A DNA stretch of 64,000 nt from Vicinamibacteria bacterium (GTDB lineage Bacteria > Acidobacteriota > Vicinamibacteria > Marinacidobacterales > Marinacidobacteraceae): NCBI GenBank assembly GCA_963668695.2, contig CAXXLQ010000004.1, forward strand, positions 2,080,001 through 2,144,000, read 5' to 3'. Below the pieces are notes generated by a model. It saw only the letters and a list, made by a program, of their open reading frames with translations, was not told the DNA's origin and made no database searches. Position 1 is the first letter of the stretch. Each line of letters starts with the position of its first letter. Below are positions 31,179 to 42,424 of the stretch, one piece after another. The translations under genes and the position numbers were made by a program.

Positions 31179-33113
31179 ATGACGCAGATCACAAGGAAGT
31201 CGGTCCCCAAGCGCGGGCTGATTCTCCTTCTTGCCATGTTCCTGGGTGCCGGTCTCGTGCTCTCGGGTTGCGGTGATGACGACACCACCACCACGCCGGC
31301 TCCGGCTCCGCCGCCGCCGCCAGCGCCAACTCCGGAACCCGAGCCCGAACCCGAACCCGAACCCGAGCCCGAGCCCGAGCCCGAGCCGACACCTTTCGAG
31401 GTGATGTTCATGATGCCGGACGGCGAAGTCCCGACTACCCGGATGGCGGAGAGGACGACGAGGCCACCGCCATGGCAAGGTCAACTCCGACATGATGGTT
31501 TCGGTGAACATGCCGGCCATCGTGTCGGCGACCTTCGTGAGGGCGCCAGCCCGATCGGCCTGATCCCGGGCGACAACTCGCCGTTCACCTACGTGAGCTG
31601 GAACGCCATGCAGAGCATGGTGGTCACCACCGGCGTCACCTTCGCGGTCCAGGCGGTGGAGATCGGGGCGAACCAGGTTGCGATCCCGATCGGCGACGCC
31701 ACCTTCGTGACCTGCGGTCCTTTCGAGTGCGCCATGGGCATGGACGCGCCGGAGATCTCGATCGCCAACTCGGCGGTCTGCAGCGGCTGGGATCCGACGG
31801 TGGACGCTCCATGTCGGCAAGGTCGACAACGACGTCTTTGACGACAAGCAACGGCGGACAACCGTGACGGACACCGCGGACGACGGGCATTGACCTCGGC
31901 TGGGTGACCAGTTCCACGGCCGCCATGACCGTGAGCACACTTCTCCGGTGTCGCGAAGGGCAGCAACTACAGCGTCCGGCCCGGACGCGTCCGAAGAAGG
32001 GTCCGACAGGAACCTCGCCGATGGACAAGGCGGCCGAGGACGACGGCGCCACTTGGGACGACAACGCAGGCTATGGCGCCGGTATCCAGATCAACGTCAC
32101 CGATGGATGATGGCGTGACACCGACCTACGCCTGGCGAGGCCGAGTCGTGTCCCGGAAGGCACCTACGGGACGAAACGATCGGTCTCCAAAGCCGGACAA
32201 CTGTTTCCGGCTCTCCGCCGCTGGTGCGGTCAACTACCTCGACGGCTACGGCATCGAACTTGCGGCCAAGGGTTCCGCGGTCACCTGGGGCAGCAAGGTG
32301 GACTGGGACGAGGATCCGTTCGAGGATCTCAAGTGCGATTCCATGACCTTCATGGCCACGGAGGCCATGGATGTGTGATCTGCGACATGTTCGAGAGGAA
32401 GTGGATCAGGCTCTGGCCGGCGGCTGGGGCGGCCGTACAACGGCGCTGTGGGCGTCACGATCGCGAGCCGGCAGGCCAGCTCGAACGCGAACAATGTCGG
32501 CAAGCTCGGCATGACGGACGGTGGGTGTCCCGGTGCTTCCGCCGATCGGTTCTCGACCCTCTGGTTCGACGACGACCTGGACGGCAAGATCCGAACAACA
32601 GTGCGTGGCGTTCACCACGGCCCGGAATGGGCGGCCTGAACGACCTCTACGACCAACAACGGCGACGAGCGCAACATCGAGGTCGTCTGGCAGTTGCTTC
32701 ACGACAAGGACGGCGACCCGAACCGCGGCGACTTCGGCAAGGTCGATCTTTGACGACCAGGCAACCAGCACAGCGGCCACGGACGAGGACGCATCCGGAC
32801 GGCAAGGCCGACAACTATGCATCCACCGACGACGCGCGGGCCTGCAGCAACGCTGACGGCGACGGTTGCGACGCTGAGTGGTCCGAGACCTTCGAGGTTC
32901 TGTTCGCGGACGGCGTCTTCGGTTGCACGACGAAGCGGGCCGTGACGGTCAGTTGCGAATGGGACGCCGACGGTGAGATGGGCCGCGCGTGGCCAGGACC
33001 ACGGCGACCACCTCGCTTCGACACCGCCGACTGGATTCTTTGCGGATGGACTCCACCGGAACCCCCGGACCCCTGGCTACATTGGCGCTTTCGCCAAGTG
33101 CACCGCGAAGTAA
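31179..33113 (+). CDS. Cys/Asp-rich surface lipoprotein, copy A (has RBS and start); several frameshifts
   Basis: GGAGG RBS, MTQITRKSVPKRGLILLLAMFLGAGLVLSG-C lipobox, PEPEPE linker; fragments in several frames align with 43125-44995; ends FAKCTAK*. Confidence 0.75.
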
Positions 33114-33159
33114 CTTCCTGAAAACGGCATCTGCGCTGAACCGTCGCTGAATCAAACGG

Positions 33160-33196
33160 GAACCCCGGGGCCATCCGGCCCCGGGGTTCTTCCTTT
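33160..33196 (+). terminator. Intrinsic terminator of lipoprotein A
   Basis: GAACCCCGGGGCC-ATCC-GGCCCCGGGGTTC followed by TTCCTTT. Confidence 0.85.
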
Positions 33197-34313
33197 GTTG
33201 TACGGCGCTGGCCGCTACCGGAACGGGACCCCCACCGCAGTGTTATGGGCGCCGAGGCACGCGAGCGCTGGGCCGTTCTCCCGGTGGAGCCCTTCAGACC
33301 GGCACTGCGGCCCGCAGGGCCGCGAAACCGCGTACGGCCGAGCGAGAAGAAGCGCGGGGACGGCTTGGAACGCCGGCCTCCGGCCGGCACCGCGCGGGAG
33401 CGCGAAACCAGCGCCGATGACGCTGCCGCCTGCTGGCGTGAGAGCGCCTTCTCCAGCCCCAGCGGGTACGGCGCCCCTTCGAACCGCATACCGAAAATCC
33501 CTGGACTCCGGACGGACTCGTCGTCCGCTCGAACGTCAACACTCACGCACCCGACAGCTTCACGGGTTGATTTCCACCACGGGAACGACGACCAGGCTCC
33601 CCCAAAAATCGGCAGTGGAAAAGAGTCCAAATCGCCACTGTCAACACAAAACGCAACACCGGATTACAGGCCGTGTAACGTCGGCGTGTCACTTACGACA
33701 GTCACGCCGCCCAGCCCGGGGCGTGCCGCGGCGGGGTCCGTCACCCGACCCGGGGACGGCGTTGGCGCGCTCGGCTGAACACGTTGCGCATTGATCGCGA
33801 CGGCGGGTGACGCTGCCCTACCGGGCGATGAAAGCATGGCCGCCTCCAGGCCGCACTCGTCTCGCCGCTCTTCCCGGAGCTCTACGGGATCCTCTTCGCC
33901 CTCCTGGCGAAGACGGCCTGAGACGCCGGCCCGCGGCCGCTGACGGTGGCTGACTGCGGAAGCGACGACGCCACGCTCACCGGGGACACGGAGGCCCGCC
34001 GACACCGCACACCCCAACCCCTCGATTGTCGGGCGCGTTCCGCCCCGAGGCGGCTCCCGGCCGTCACCGCGCGCCCAGACGCGCCGATTCGTACTCGGGC
34101 CCGCGACGCGGCCCTCCGCGTGTTCCTGGGGCCGCTGAGAGCGGATCAGAGGGCCGGCGCTCCCGGGCCGCGAGAGAGCCGGGCGGAGCGGCACCGCAGG
34201 AAGGAACCGTTGCAATTGCCGCGGGAACCTACCTAGCCGCGCCGGCGTGCGGCGGGCTAGTTCTCGCCGGGACGAAGCTCGCCGGTTTCCTCGTTGTCCC
34301 CGGCGGCGTTGTC

Positions 34314-34655
34314 CTACCGGCGGCGGTTCTTCGCGGCGATGAACTCCTCGCGGCGCTTGTCAACCCGCGCCATGACTTCGGGAATTACATCGCCTTTTAG
34401 CTCCGACACGAAATGTCCAAGTCCTTGATCCGGCGTTTCGTTCGCTGGAGCGTTTTGGTTAACTGGCGCATTTCTTCCGGCGTAGCGCCCCGCATATCCA
34501 AGGGTTCTTGGCAGCGCTTCATGATTCTTTCTATCGCTTGATACGGCGTCGTAGATCAGGGTAGTCGCTACTAGCACTAGCAGGGATTCCCGGGCTTCGT
34601 ACGGCTCTTGGGTTGGATGTCCCTTTCTGCCTTTCCGTTTTGGGCGAATGGCCAT
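34314..34655 (-). CDS. Hypothetical protein in a lower-GC patch
   Basis: ATG after AGGAGG (minus strand); 113 aa; no recognised motif. Confidence 0.45.
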   Translation of the reverse strand: MAIRPKRKGRKGHPTQEPYEARESLLVLVATTLIYDAVSSDRKNHEALPRTLGYAGRYAGRNAPVNQNAPANETPDQGLGHFVSELKGDVIPEVMARVDKRREEFIAAKNRRR

Positions 34656-34759
34656 TGGTGGTGTCCTCCTGCACAAGGTCAGCAACAGGGTAGTGGGCCC
34701 GCGCTCGGGCTGCGGCGGCGGTCCGCGGTCCGCCCCGCTTTGGGGCGCCATGCTAACTC

Positions 34760-35483
34760 CACGGGCTGGAGTTGGTCCAGCGTAAGGAGAAGGTGGTTTT
34801 CCTGGGCCCTCCGGAGGTGGGGAAGACGCACCTGGCGATCGACCCGGAGAATCGAACGACCGAGCGGGGCCGGCGGGTGGTTTCCGGACCGCTGAGGGAT
34901 TTGGTCGGGTCGCTCGAGGGGGCGGACACGAAGGGGGCAGTTGCTGCGCCGGCCGCGGATCCTTACCCACCTCGCCCTCCTGGTGGTGGACGAGAGCGGC
35001 TACCCGCCGGTGACCCGGAACGGGGCCACGCTCTTCTTCCAGCTCATCAACGAGCGTTACGAGCGGGCGTCCACGGTGCTGACTCGAGCAAGGGGTTCGA
35101 GGAGTGGGGGGCGATCCTCGGAGATGAGGTGATGGCGGCGGCGCTCTGGATCGGCTGCTCCACCACTGCCACCTCGTGAACATCCGGGGGAACAGTTACC
35201 GGATGGGTGACCGCCGCAACCTGGCGCGGGCACTGCATCAGGGCCCGGCGAGAAAGAACCCCGAACAAGGGCCGGCTACCCAAGCGGAGACGCCCCGGTA
35301 AAGCGGCACGCGCGTCGGGCGCGGATCTCCGGTCGCTCCGCTCCCTCCGTCCGCGCCCGACGCGCCTATCCCGGAACTCATCCTCCGCCGCCTATCCGAC
35401 CGAAACCCCTCCAGATCCCGTCAACCCACCCCTCCGCCGGCACCCAATCACCCCGAGTGGGACATTTTGGAAGCCCATTGACA
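34760..35483 (+). pseudogene. IS21-family IstB helper ATPase remnant plus right end
   Basis: Frameshifted VVFLGPP.VGKTHLA, LLVVDE.GY, LFFQLIN.RYER.S, SKGFEEWG.I.GDEV.AAA, LLHHCH.VNI.G.SYRM; ends ...CATTGACA. Confidence 0.85.
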
Positions 35484-35570
35484 CAAGGAGGTAGAGGCGA
35501 TCCGGCAGCCTCAACGCGGCGTTCGACCGGCGATGGCAGAGGGGCTGATCTTCATCGGGTTCTGCGTTGA

Positions 35571-35652
35571 GCCGACTTTCCCCACAGTGGGACGGCCGGG
35601 CGTGGGTTTCACCAAGAAGTCACCCCGGGTTCCGTCTGTATATGGTGGAGGA
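35571..35652 (+). promoter_or_regulatory. Conserved upstream motif plus RBS of the coiled-coil family
   Basis: GCCGACTTTCCCCACA...TTCCGTCTGTA...GGAGGA. Confidence 0.55.
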
Positions 35653-35766
35653 GTTCCCCAGTGACCGAACGAACCACTGAAATGCCGGAGACCGGAGACC
35701 GGGGTCCGATTGCCGCAGGGGCCGGACCGTTTCTATACTCCCTCAGGTGATCGACAGGGATACCCG

Positions 35767-36093
35767 ATGACGGGTGCGCGGAGGGGGGAGTTCGCCGGGC
35801 GCAACGCACCGTCCAGGGAACCGCTCACCCGGACAGAGCGGCTCTTGGTCACGATGTTCGTCACCATGTTTGCGACGATGCTCGGGGCCGGCGCGCTCGG
35901 GTTCACGGCGATCAGCAGTCAACTTCTGGACATGCAGAAGCAGATCGGCGGCGTGCAGGCCGAAATCGGCAATCTCCGCACGGAGATGCACAAGGAGATC
36001 GGCGACCTCTCCAACCGCATCACCCGCGTCGAAACGTTGATCCAGGCGCACCTCGTTCCACGGTCGGGCGCGCCGCCCGCGGCGGGCCCCTGA
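35767..36093 (+). CDS. Small TM plus coiled-coil family protein
   Basis: SREPLTRTERLLVTMFVTMFATMLGAGALGF...QKQIG...RVETLI. The upstream GTG 35661 is out of frame because of a 7-bp duplication. TTGCCG-N18-TATACT at 35710-35739. Confidence 0.78.
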   Translation: MTGARRGEFAGRNAPSREPLTRTERLLVTMFVTMFATMLGAGALGFTAISSQLLDMQKQIGGVQAEIGNLRTEMHKEIGDLSNRITRVETLIQAHLVPRSGAPPAAGP

Positions 36094-36368
36094 ACCCTGC
36101 GCGCCTCGGTCAGGTCACACCGGAATCGTCCGCGCTCCCTCCAGGGTCCGCTCGTGTGCGACCGGGATGAGCAGTTCGCCAGCGGGACGCCTTGACCTAG
36201 CCCACCGACGGGGTCCTCCGCCTCATGGCGGGGCGCCCATGCCCATGACCCGCACCCCGGGGTTTCAATGGCCGGCTCGTCCGCGATGTCGACGAACCAG
36301 GGACGGTCCGGGCTCGCGAGGGGGCGGCGATCCTTCAGTCTGCGAAGCGCTGTTCTTACGGAATCGAG

Positions 36369-36500
36369 GGCGACTTCTTCGCAACTCAACTGTAGACCGG
36401 AAAAAAGTCGGCACGGATTCCGTCTCGGATCCGGATCGCCACGTTTGCGGGGTTGGTCACCATGTTCGCTGCGATGCTCGGGGCCGGCGCGCTTTGGGTC
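36369..36500 (+). pseudogene. Degenerate remnant of the coiled-coil family (motif plus TM-coding piece)
   Basis: GGCGACTTCTTC...GGAAAA-N16-CGTCT, then TTGGTCACCATGTTCGCTGCGATGCTCGGGGCCGGCGCGCT. Confidence 0.55.
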
Positions 36501-37144
36501 CGTCGGCGGAACGCGGTTCCGCCCGCGTGCGGCGGGCTGCCGGCCCCCACCCGGAGAAACCCGCATGATCGGGTCCGCCCGTTCACCCCGCCCGCATGAA
36601 AAAGGTGATGCAGCACTCACGTTGGCCGGGCCCGGCGTCACCGAAGCAGGTTTCGCGCTCCCGCGCGATGCCGGCCAGAGGCCGGTGGCCAGTTCTCCCG
36701 GTGGGGGCCCGCTGTCGTGCACCGTCTTGGCCCCAGAGGTACGCGCCGAGAAGAGAGCCATCCCGGCGGTTGGGGTCTGCCGGTTGGGGTCTCTGCCGCC
36801 GCGGCCCTGCGGGCCGCTGTGCCGGCCCCCACCGGGAGAACTGGCCGGAGGTCGGCGTTCCAAGCCGTCCCCGCGCTTCGGCTCAGTCAGCTAGACGCGG
36901 TTCCGCCCGCCTGCGGCGGGCTGCGCCGGGCTGAAGGGCCCCACCGGGAGAACTGCCCAGCGTTCCCTGCCTCTGCACTGGCGTGCCGGTGTGAGGCCGG
37001 GGTTCCCAGCCTCTGCACTGCCAGACGAACTGAGCCGTACATAGAAAACACCCGCCGGGGCGGGTGTCACGGGGAGCGACGATTGCCGCTCCCCGTGGGG
37101 TTCCGGCCGATTTTGGCCGGGGTCAGGTGATCGTCAGGTAATCG

Positions 37145-37480
37145 TCAGCTTGAGGCGTTGATCGAGGTCACCGTGATCGTGTTGGTCGCCTCGTCGAGGG
37201 TGCCCATCACCGTGACTTCCATGCCCAGGTGCTCCAGCGCTGCCTCGTTGGTGATGTCGAGGAGGTGGAAGCCGTCCGGGCTCGCGAGGGCCACACTGTC
37301 GCCCCCGTTCAGGCAGGCGGTGGCGCAGCCCTTGTGGGCTTCGTTGCCGGCCTTGGCGAAGTCCTTCGCGCAGGCCTGATCGGCGACCCAACCGGTGAAG
37401 GTCATGTCCTCGGCGGCGGCCGAGGCGACGAAAGCGCCGCAGGCGAGCAGCGCGAGGGCGAGGATGAGGAGTTTCTTCAT
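37145..37480 (-). CDS. Small secreted protein (OB-fold-like, CxxxC)
   Basis: Signal peptide MKKLLILALALLACGAFVASAAA; G.V.D..C...H..CA.AC...G...V.V.GT pattern; downstream hairpin at about 37068-37097. Confidence 0.75.
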   Translation of the reverse strand: MKKLLILALALLACGAFVASAAAEDMTFTGWVADQACAKDFAKAGNEAHKGCATACLNGGDSVALASPDGFHLLDITNEAALEHLGMEVTVMGTLDEATNTITVTSINASS

Positions 37481-37599
37481 CTGGGTTGTCCTTGATGGCT
37501 GGGACGCCCCGCAGGGCGTGCCCGGAAAGTAAAGGGAGGCGCGCATTGTACCCGGATGGGGGCCAGGGCGACACGGGGTTCTGAGCGCCTCCGGGTACG

Positions 37600-37632
37600 A
37601 AAAAAGCGGGGGCGGCCGAAGCCGCCCCCGCC
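37600..37632 (-). terminator. Intrinsic terminator of the FN3 lipoprotein
   Basis: GC-rich stem GCGGGGGCGG/CCGCCCCCGC followed by a T6 run on the minus strand. Confidence 0.75.
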
Positions 37633-37654
37633 GGGTCTTGCTCGTCAGAAGGTG

Positions 37655-39613
37655 CTAGTTCGTCGTCGTCGCCGGGGTTGGATGGTATAGGCGGAACTGA
37701 AGGCCCACGGGCCAAACCGGGTCTCGTCTCAGCTTCGCCCGAACGCAGACGTTCATACTCGCTGGGTTCCGCACTCTGGGAGTGGTCCCCGTAATCGCTC
37801 GGTCGGGCCGAGGCTGGTCGCCGACCCGGATGATGATTCCGTCCGGGTCATTCGAAATGCTGTTCGGCGACCACATCCGCGATGGTCCACTGCATCTGAT
37901 CACCCTGCGAGCCGCTCTCCGAGAGATCGCAACCGCCGATGGTCGGAGCGGTCACGGTGTCGTCCTTGAGCTCGTCCGCGTCGTCGCCGTTCGTACCGGC
38001 TGGGATACTTGATGGACTTCACCGTGTAGTCATCGTCCATCCGGGGCACGTCCAGGTCGTTGCGAACCGACACGCTCCACACCGGTGAGGCCATGGTATC
38101 CGTCACGTTGGTAAGGGAAGTTGCGATCCGGGGTGTGTTCGGTCTGGCTGGCAGCGTGACTACGTCGGCATTGGAGGGCGGGACCACCCAGTTCGTCGCA
38201 CCGCCGTCGTTCATCAGTCGGAAACACAGCAGATACCCGGTGTAGGCCTGCAGGCTCCGGTCGAGCGTGATCTCGCCGAACATGATGTCGATGTCGGAAT
38301 CGCCGCTGTCCAACTGCGTGCCGGCGGTGCAGGCGTCCTGCACCTTGTCTGCCATCGTCATATCGGTGATCTTGTTGTCTCGGTGCGGATCGGCGGCTAC
38401 GCGGAAGTCGTAGTCGAATCCAGCCTTGATTGTGATCATGCTGATGCTCCAGGTAATGGCGGTGGTCTGGTCGCGCATCGCGTCGTCGCTGGGCACGCCC
38501 ACGGCGGGCTCGTCAGGCGGCATCGCCACGCCCTTCAGGAACGACATGTGCTCCTTGTCCTTCGTGCGAACGCACAGACTCCCAGCTTCTCCCGAGCCGA
38601 CCGTGAGTGGATGCCACGTCGCCAACGCTCCTGCCGTGGGTGAGTCGTACGTCGCAGTCTCACACGCTTTGGCGCTCGTGGCCGTCTGCAACCTCGTATT
38701 CCGTCCCGGAAATCTGATCCCAAGCGAAATTGATCATGGTTTCGCTATCACTGGTCCAGATGAGGTTCAGATCACCGGACCCCATGACGACGGCCGGGCC
38801 GGTGTCGTCCGCGGTCGTTGCGTCGGTCTCGCTCCAGGAACTCGCGGTATGAGCGTCATCGTCCGAAGCGGGCACGGCGCGGACGCGGAACTCGTAGTCG
38901 GTCTCCGGAGTAAGGCCGGTCGCGACGCAGGAGGTGTCCTCCGTCGAACCGCTGCCGCCCTCGCCGCAGGTCGCGTCGCTCCACGAGCCGGTGCCGTCAA
39001 CACGCTGCTCCACCTCGTAGGTTGCGGCGTTCCTCACGTCGTCCCAACTGAGGTTCACCGTGGTCTCACCGGGATTCGATGCGCCCAGGTCGCCCGGAGC
39101 GGAGAGTGGGGCGGCCGGTGGCGGGGCGCTGGTCGTCCCCTGGCGTCCGTCGCTCCAGTCGCTGAAGGTCAGATCGGTCAGGGAAGTCCCGGTGCCGGAA
39201 CGCACCCGGAAATGCCCGGTCATGTTGCCGGGCAGGTTCTCCAACCGGTGGGAGGTCTTTGGGGCGACGGATCAGACACGTCCGGTCGGCTGTCCGTGAA
39301 GGTGGTGTCGTGCTGAACTGGCCCTGGTAGCCGAGCACGCCCTCAACCGCATCCCACGTCCAGGTTATGGAGTTGGAGGTAGCCGCTGACACCCGAACAT
39401 TGCTCGGGCGTTGCGGGACCCGTCGGCTCAGGCTCCGGCTCCGGCTCCGGTGGGTGTGGGGTGGGCGTCGGGGTTGGTGCCGAGCGCCGGGGTGGTCGGA
39501 GCCGGAACCTCTTCGTCCCCGCAGGCCGAAATCATGAGGCCGGCGCCGAGCAGCAGCGCGAGCAACGGGGCCCACCCGCCGACGGATGTGAACTTGCCAG
39601 TGAGCGACTTCAT
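37655..39613 (-). CDS. Fibronectin type III repeat surface lipoprotein; several frameshifts
   Basis: Lipobox LMISA-C; FN3 patterns SNSITWTWDAVEG..GY and TVNLSWD.V..A..Y...GLTPETDYEFRVRA. Confidence 0.72.
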
Positions 39614-39864
39614 GCGACCTACCTCCCGGTGCGGTGCGTGCGGACCAAGTTGAACAAGGTCCAGGCCGATATAGATATGCCCCCAGCCTACCACACTTTG
39701 GGGCCGTTCTTCTACCGCAACCCCGGCGCGCGCGGGGTGCCGGTGAGGGCGTAATTCATGCCCTCCAGATCCTGCAAGAAGCCCATTCTATGCGCTTTCG
39801 AGACGCATTTCCGCCACAACCGGGAGCCGCACCGGACCGGCGGCGGCATGGCATCCGATCCCCG

Positions 39865-40800
39865 TCAGGGGGTGTCGCCTCCGAGAGACGTACTGCAGAC
39901 GGGCCGTTCGGGTGGCGGGAGGGGTTCGCCCTCCGCGAAGACGCGGCAGGCGACGTTCGAGCAGAGTTGGGCCGGGCCGCGTCCCGGGTCGGGACACGGC
40001 CGGAACCGGAAGTCCCATTCGAGGCGGGTCAGCTTCCACCGGACGGTTAGCTCGTGCCGGAAGCCGGCGCCGGCAGGTTCGCTGCGGATGCTCAGGATCT
40101 GTGACGTCGGGTCCGGATCCAGGCGCAGGAAATCCGCCGTGTCCGACTCCACGGTGATGTCCGTCTCGTAGATTCCATGTTGGCAGGACGCCCCGCCTTG
40201 GGACCGGCGCGGCGTGGCGGTGGTCAATCGCACCCCCGAGCACCGGTCCGCCCCGTCGAGGATCACCACCTCGATCTCGGCTCTTCGGAAGGCCACCCGG
40301 ACCGGCCATCCGTAGCGAACGCTTTCCGCGGGGTCGGTTTCGGTGGAAAGGCGGAGCCGCAGGGTTTCCCGTTCTTCCGAGAGGCCGTCCTCCCGCGCCC
40401 GGACGGGGATCACCGCGATGTCGCTTACGGGTGGGGTCCTTCCCGCACCCCATCCATAGACAGCCACCCGCCTCGCCACCACGACATCCTCAGGGGATCC
40501 GCTCTCACCTTCGACGGTGACGCGCAGCGGAACCGTCAGTTGATGGAACCAGGCGCGGCTGAGATTGATGTCGGCGTCGAACCGCACCTCCAGCGGGATG
40601 GTCTGCCCTTCCCGGATCTCGACGCGCTCCTGCGCGAACCCGACCACGATGTCCCCTTCCGGATCGGGCGGCGGCTCCGGAGGCGGAGGCGGTGCGGGCG
40701 TCACCGGGGGCGGCGTGACGGCGGGGGGCGCGGACGGTCCGGAATCGCCGCACCCCCAGACGCAAACGGCGCCCACAACGAAGGCCAGGGCCCGTTTCAA
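39865..40800 (-). CDS. Lipoprotein with a Calx-beta-like domain (paralog of 62806-63741)
   Basis: VWG-C lipobox, Pro-rich linker, VGF....EIREG, A.EDGL.E..E.L.L.L, IEVVILD; Cys-containing C-terminus. Confidence 0.7.
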   Translation of the reverse strand: MKRALAFVVGAVCVWGCGDSGPSAPPAVTPPPVTPAPPPPPEPPPDPEGDIVVGFAQERVEIREGQTIPLEVRFDADINLSRAWFHQLTVPLRVTVEGESGSPEDVVVARRVAVYGWGAGRTPPVSDIAVIPVRAREDGLSEERETLRLRLSTETDPAESVRYGWPVRVAFRRAEIEVVILDGADRCSGVRLTTATPRRSQGGASCQHGIYETDITVESDTADFLRLDPDPTSQILSIRSEPAGAGFRHELTVRWKLTRLEWDFRFRPCPDPGRGPAQLCSNVACRVFAEGEPLPPPERPVCSTSLGGDTP

Positions 40801-40801
40801 C

Positions 40802-41911
40802 TCAGTTCTCCTCGGGTCGCACGTGGATCGTGAGCGGCCCGCTCCGGCTTCCGGCGCGCACTTCGACCGCGCCGAGCACCGTGGTCTCCGGGAACTCCAG
40901 GGTGGCTTCCGGCAACAGGGACTGGTGGGCGCGGGGGATCAGGATGGGATGGACCTTGACGAGATATCGGCCCGGCTCGAGTCCCTCGATGGAAAAGGAA
41001 CCGAACGAGTCCGTGAAGGCGCTCACCCCGAACCGGGACGGCTCCCCGTTCTCGATCCGGCTGGCCAGCACGAGCGCGGAGCGCACCGAGCTTCCATCGT
41101 CCTGAAGGGCAATGCCCCAGAGGCTGCCCGTGGCCTCAAGCCACCCGGCGCGCGGCCGCAACAGGGAGACCCCCACCGCGTCGTCGGGAGTGATCAGGTC
41201 GAGACGACCGCTGCCGTAGCTCACCTCGAACCTCCGGGTGGGGTTCACGCCGTAGGACATCACCGGATCGAGGCCCAGTTGCACTTCGGAGAGCTGCTCG
41301 CGGAATCCGATGTCCGGATACGCCGCCGAATGGCTGAGGCCCAGGCAGTGCCCGAACTCGTGGACCAGGACATAGACCAGGTAGGCGCTGCCGAGACGGT
41401 TGGAGCCGGTCGGGTAGTGATCGGGAATCGTGACTTCGCAGCGGGAGAGGATGATGCGCTCACCGATTCGGCGGATCCGAGCTCCGCCTCTCGCCCGCCC
41501 CAGCGGTCCTTCGTCCGTCAGGGTCACGAACAGGCCGTTTTCAGCGCCCTCGTAGACATCGGGGCTGACCAGCCCGACGGTGAAATCGAGATCCGCGGTT
41601 TCGATTTCGGACCAGTATCCAAGGGCGTCCTCGGTCAGCCGCTTGACTCGCTCGAAGATGGCCGGACCCCAGGTCGGGTCCTCCACGATCCCGACCTCGA
41701 CCGTTTCTCCCAGCGGCCAGAAGTCCGAATCCCAGGTCACGAACGGGGGCCACGAGGAGGCAGTGACGACCGTGTTGTGGGGGCCGAAGCCGAGGAAGCG
41801 GTAGGCGGCCGCTTGATGGGGGAGCGAGCCAGCGGCCAGGAGGAGGGCCGCGAGGGCGGCCTGGAGGAGGATCCCGGAGAGACGGCGCGGCTTCTGTCGC
41901 GTGCGCTTCAC
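40802..41911 (-). CDS. Matrixin/metzincin-like Zn protease with a C-terminal carboxypeptidase-regulatory-like domain
   Basis: Signal peptide, HEFGHCLGLSH, Met-turn PVMSY, G.F.I.GL.PG.Y. Confidence 0.85.
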   Translation of the reverse strand: MKRTRQKPRRLSGILLQAALAALLLAAGSLPHQAAAYRFLGFGPHNTVVTASSWPPFVTWDSDFWPLGETVEVGIVEDPTWGPAIFERVKRLTEDALGYWSEIETADLDFTVGLVSPDVYEGAENGLFVTLTDEGPLGRARGGARIRRIGERIILSRCEVTIPDHYPTGSNRLGSAYLVYVLVHEFGHCLGLSHSAAYPDIGFREQLSEVQLGLDPVMSYGVNPTRRFEVSYGSGRLDLITPDDAVGVSLLRPRAGWLEATGSLWGIALQDDGSSVRSALVLASRIENGEPSRFGVSAFTDSFGSFSIEGLEPGRYLVKVHPILIPRAHQSLLPEATLEFPETTVLGAVEVRAGSRSGPLTIHVRPEEN

Positions 41912-42344
41912 GGGGACCAACGATACGCCCTCGGAAGGCGCGGAGTGTTTCCGGCAGGGGGAGCCGTGAGCGGTTGCCGTCCAGCATCCGGAGAGCGTGC
42001 GGCACTGACGTTGGCAGAGGGCAGCGTCATCGGAGCTGGTTTCGCGCTCCCGCGCGATGCCGGTCGGAGGCCGGCGCTCCGCTGTCGCGCGCCGTGCGGG
42101 TGAGTGGCGGAGGGAGTTTCGCCCGCTGTGCGGGCGATGCCGGTCTGAAGGGCCCCACCGGGAGAACTGGCCAGCGCTCCTGACGTGCGCCGTGCGGGTG
42201 AGTGGCGGAGGGAGTTTCGCCCGCTGCGCGGGCGATGCCGGCGATGCCGGTCTGAAGGGCTCCACCGGGAGAACTGCCCAGCGCTCCAAGCCGTCCCCGC
42301 GCTTCTTCCCGGTCAGCGGTACGCGGCTTCACTACCCGCGTACA

Positions 42345-42381
42345 TACAGAAGAACCCCGGGGCCGGATGGCCCCGGGGTTC
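42345..42381 (-). terminator. Terminator after cassette C (same hairpin as after copy A)
   Basis: GAACCCCGGGGCCATCCGGCCCCGGGGTTC on the minus strand. Confidence 0.8.
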
Positions 42382-42424
42382 CCGTTTGATTTCAGATCAG
42401 ACGGTTTTCAGGAGACGCAGATCC

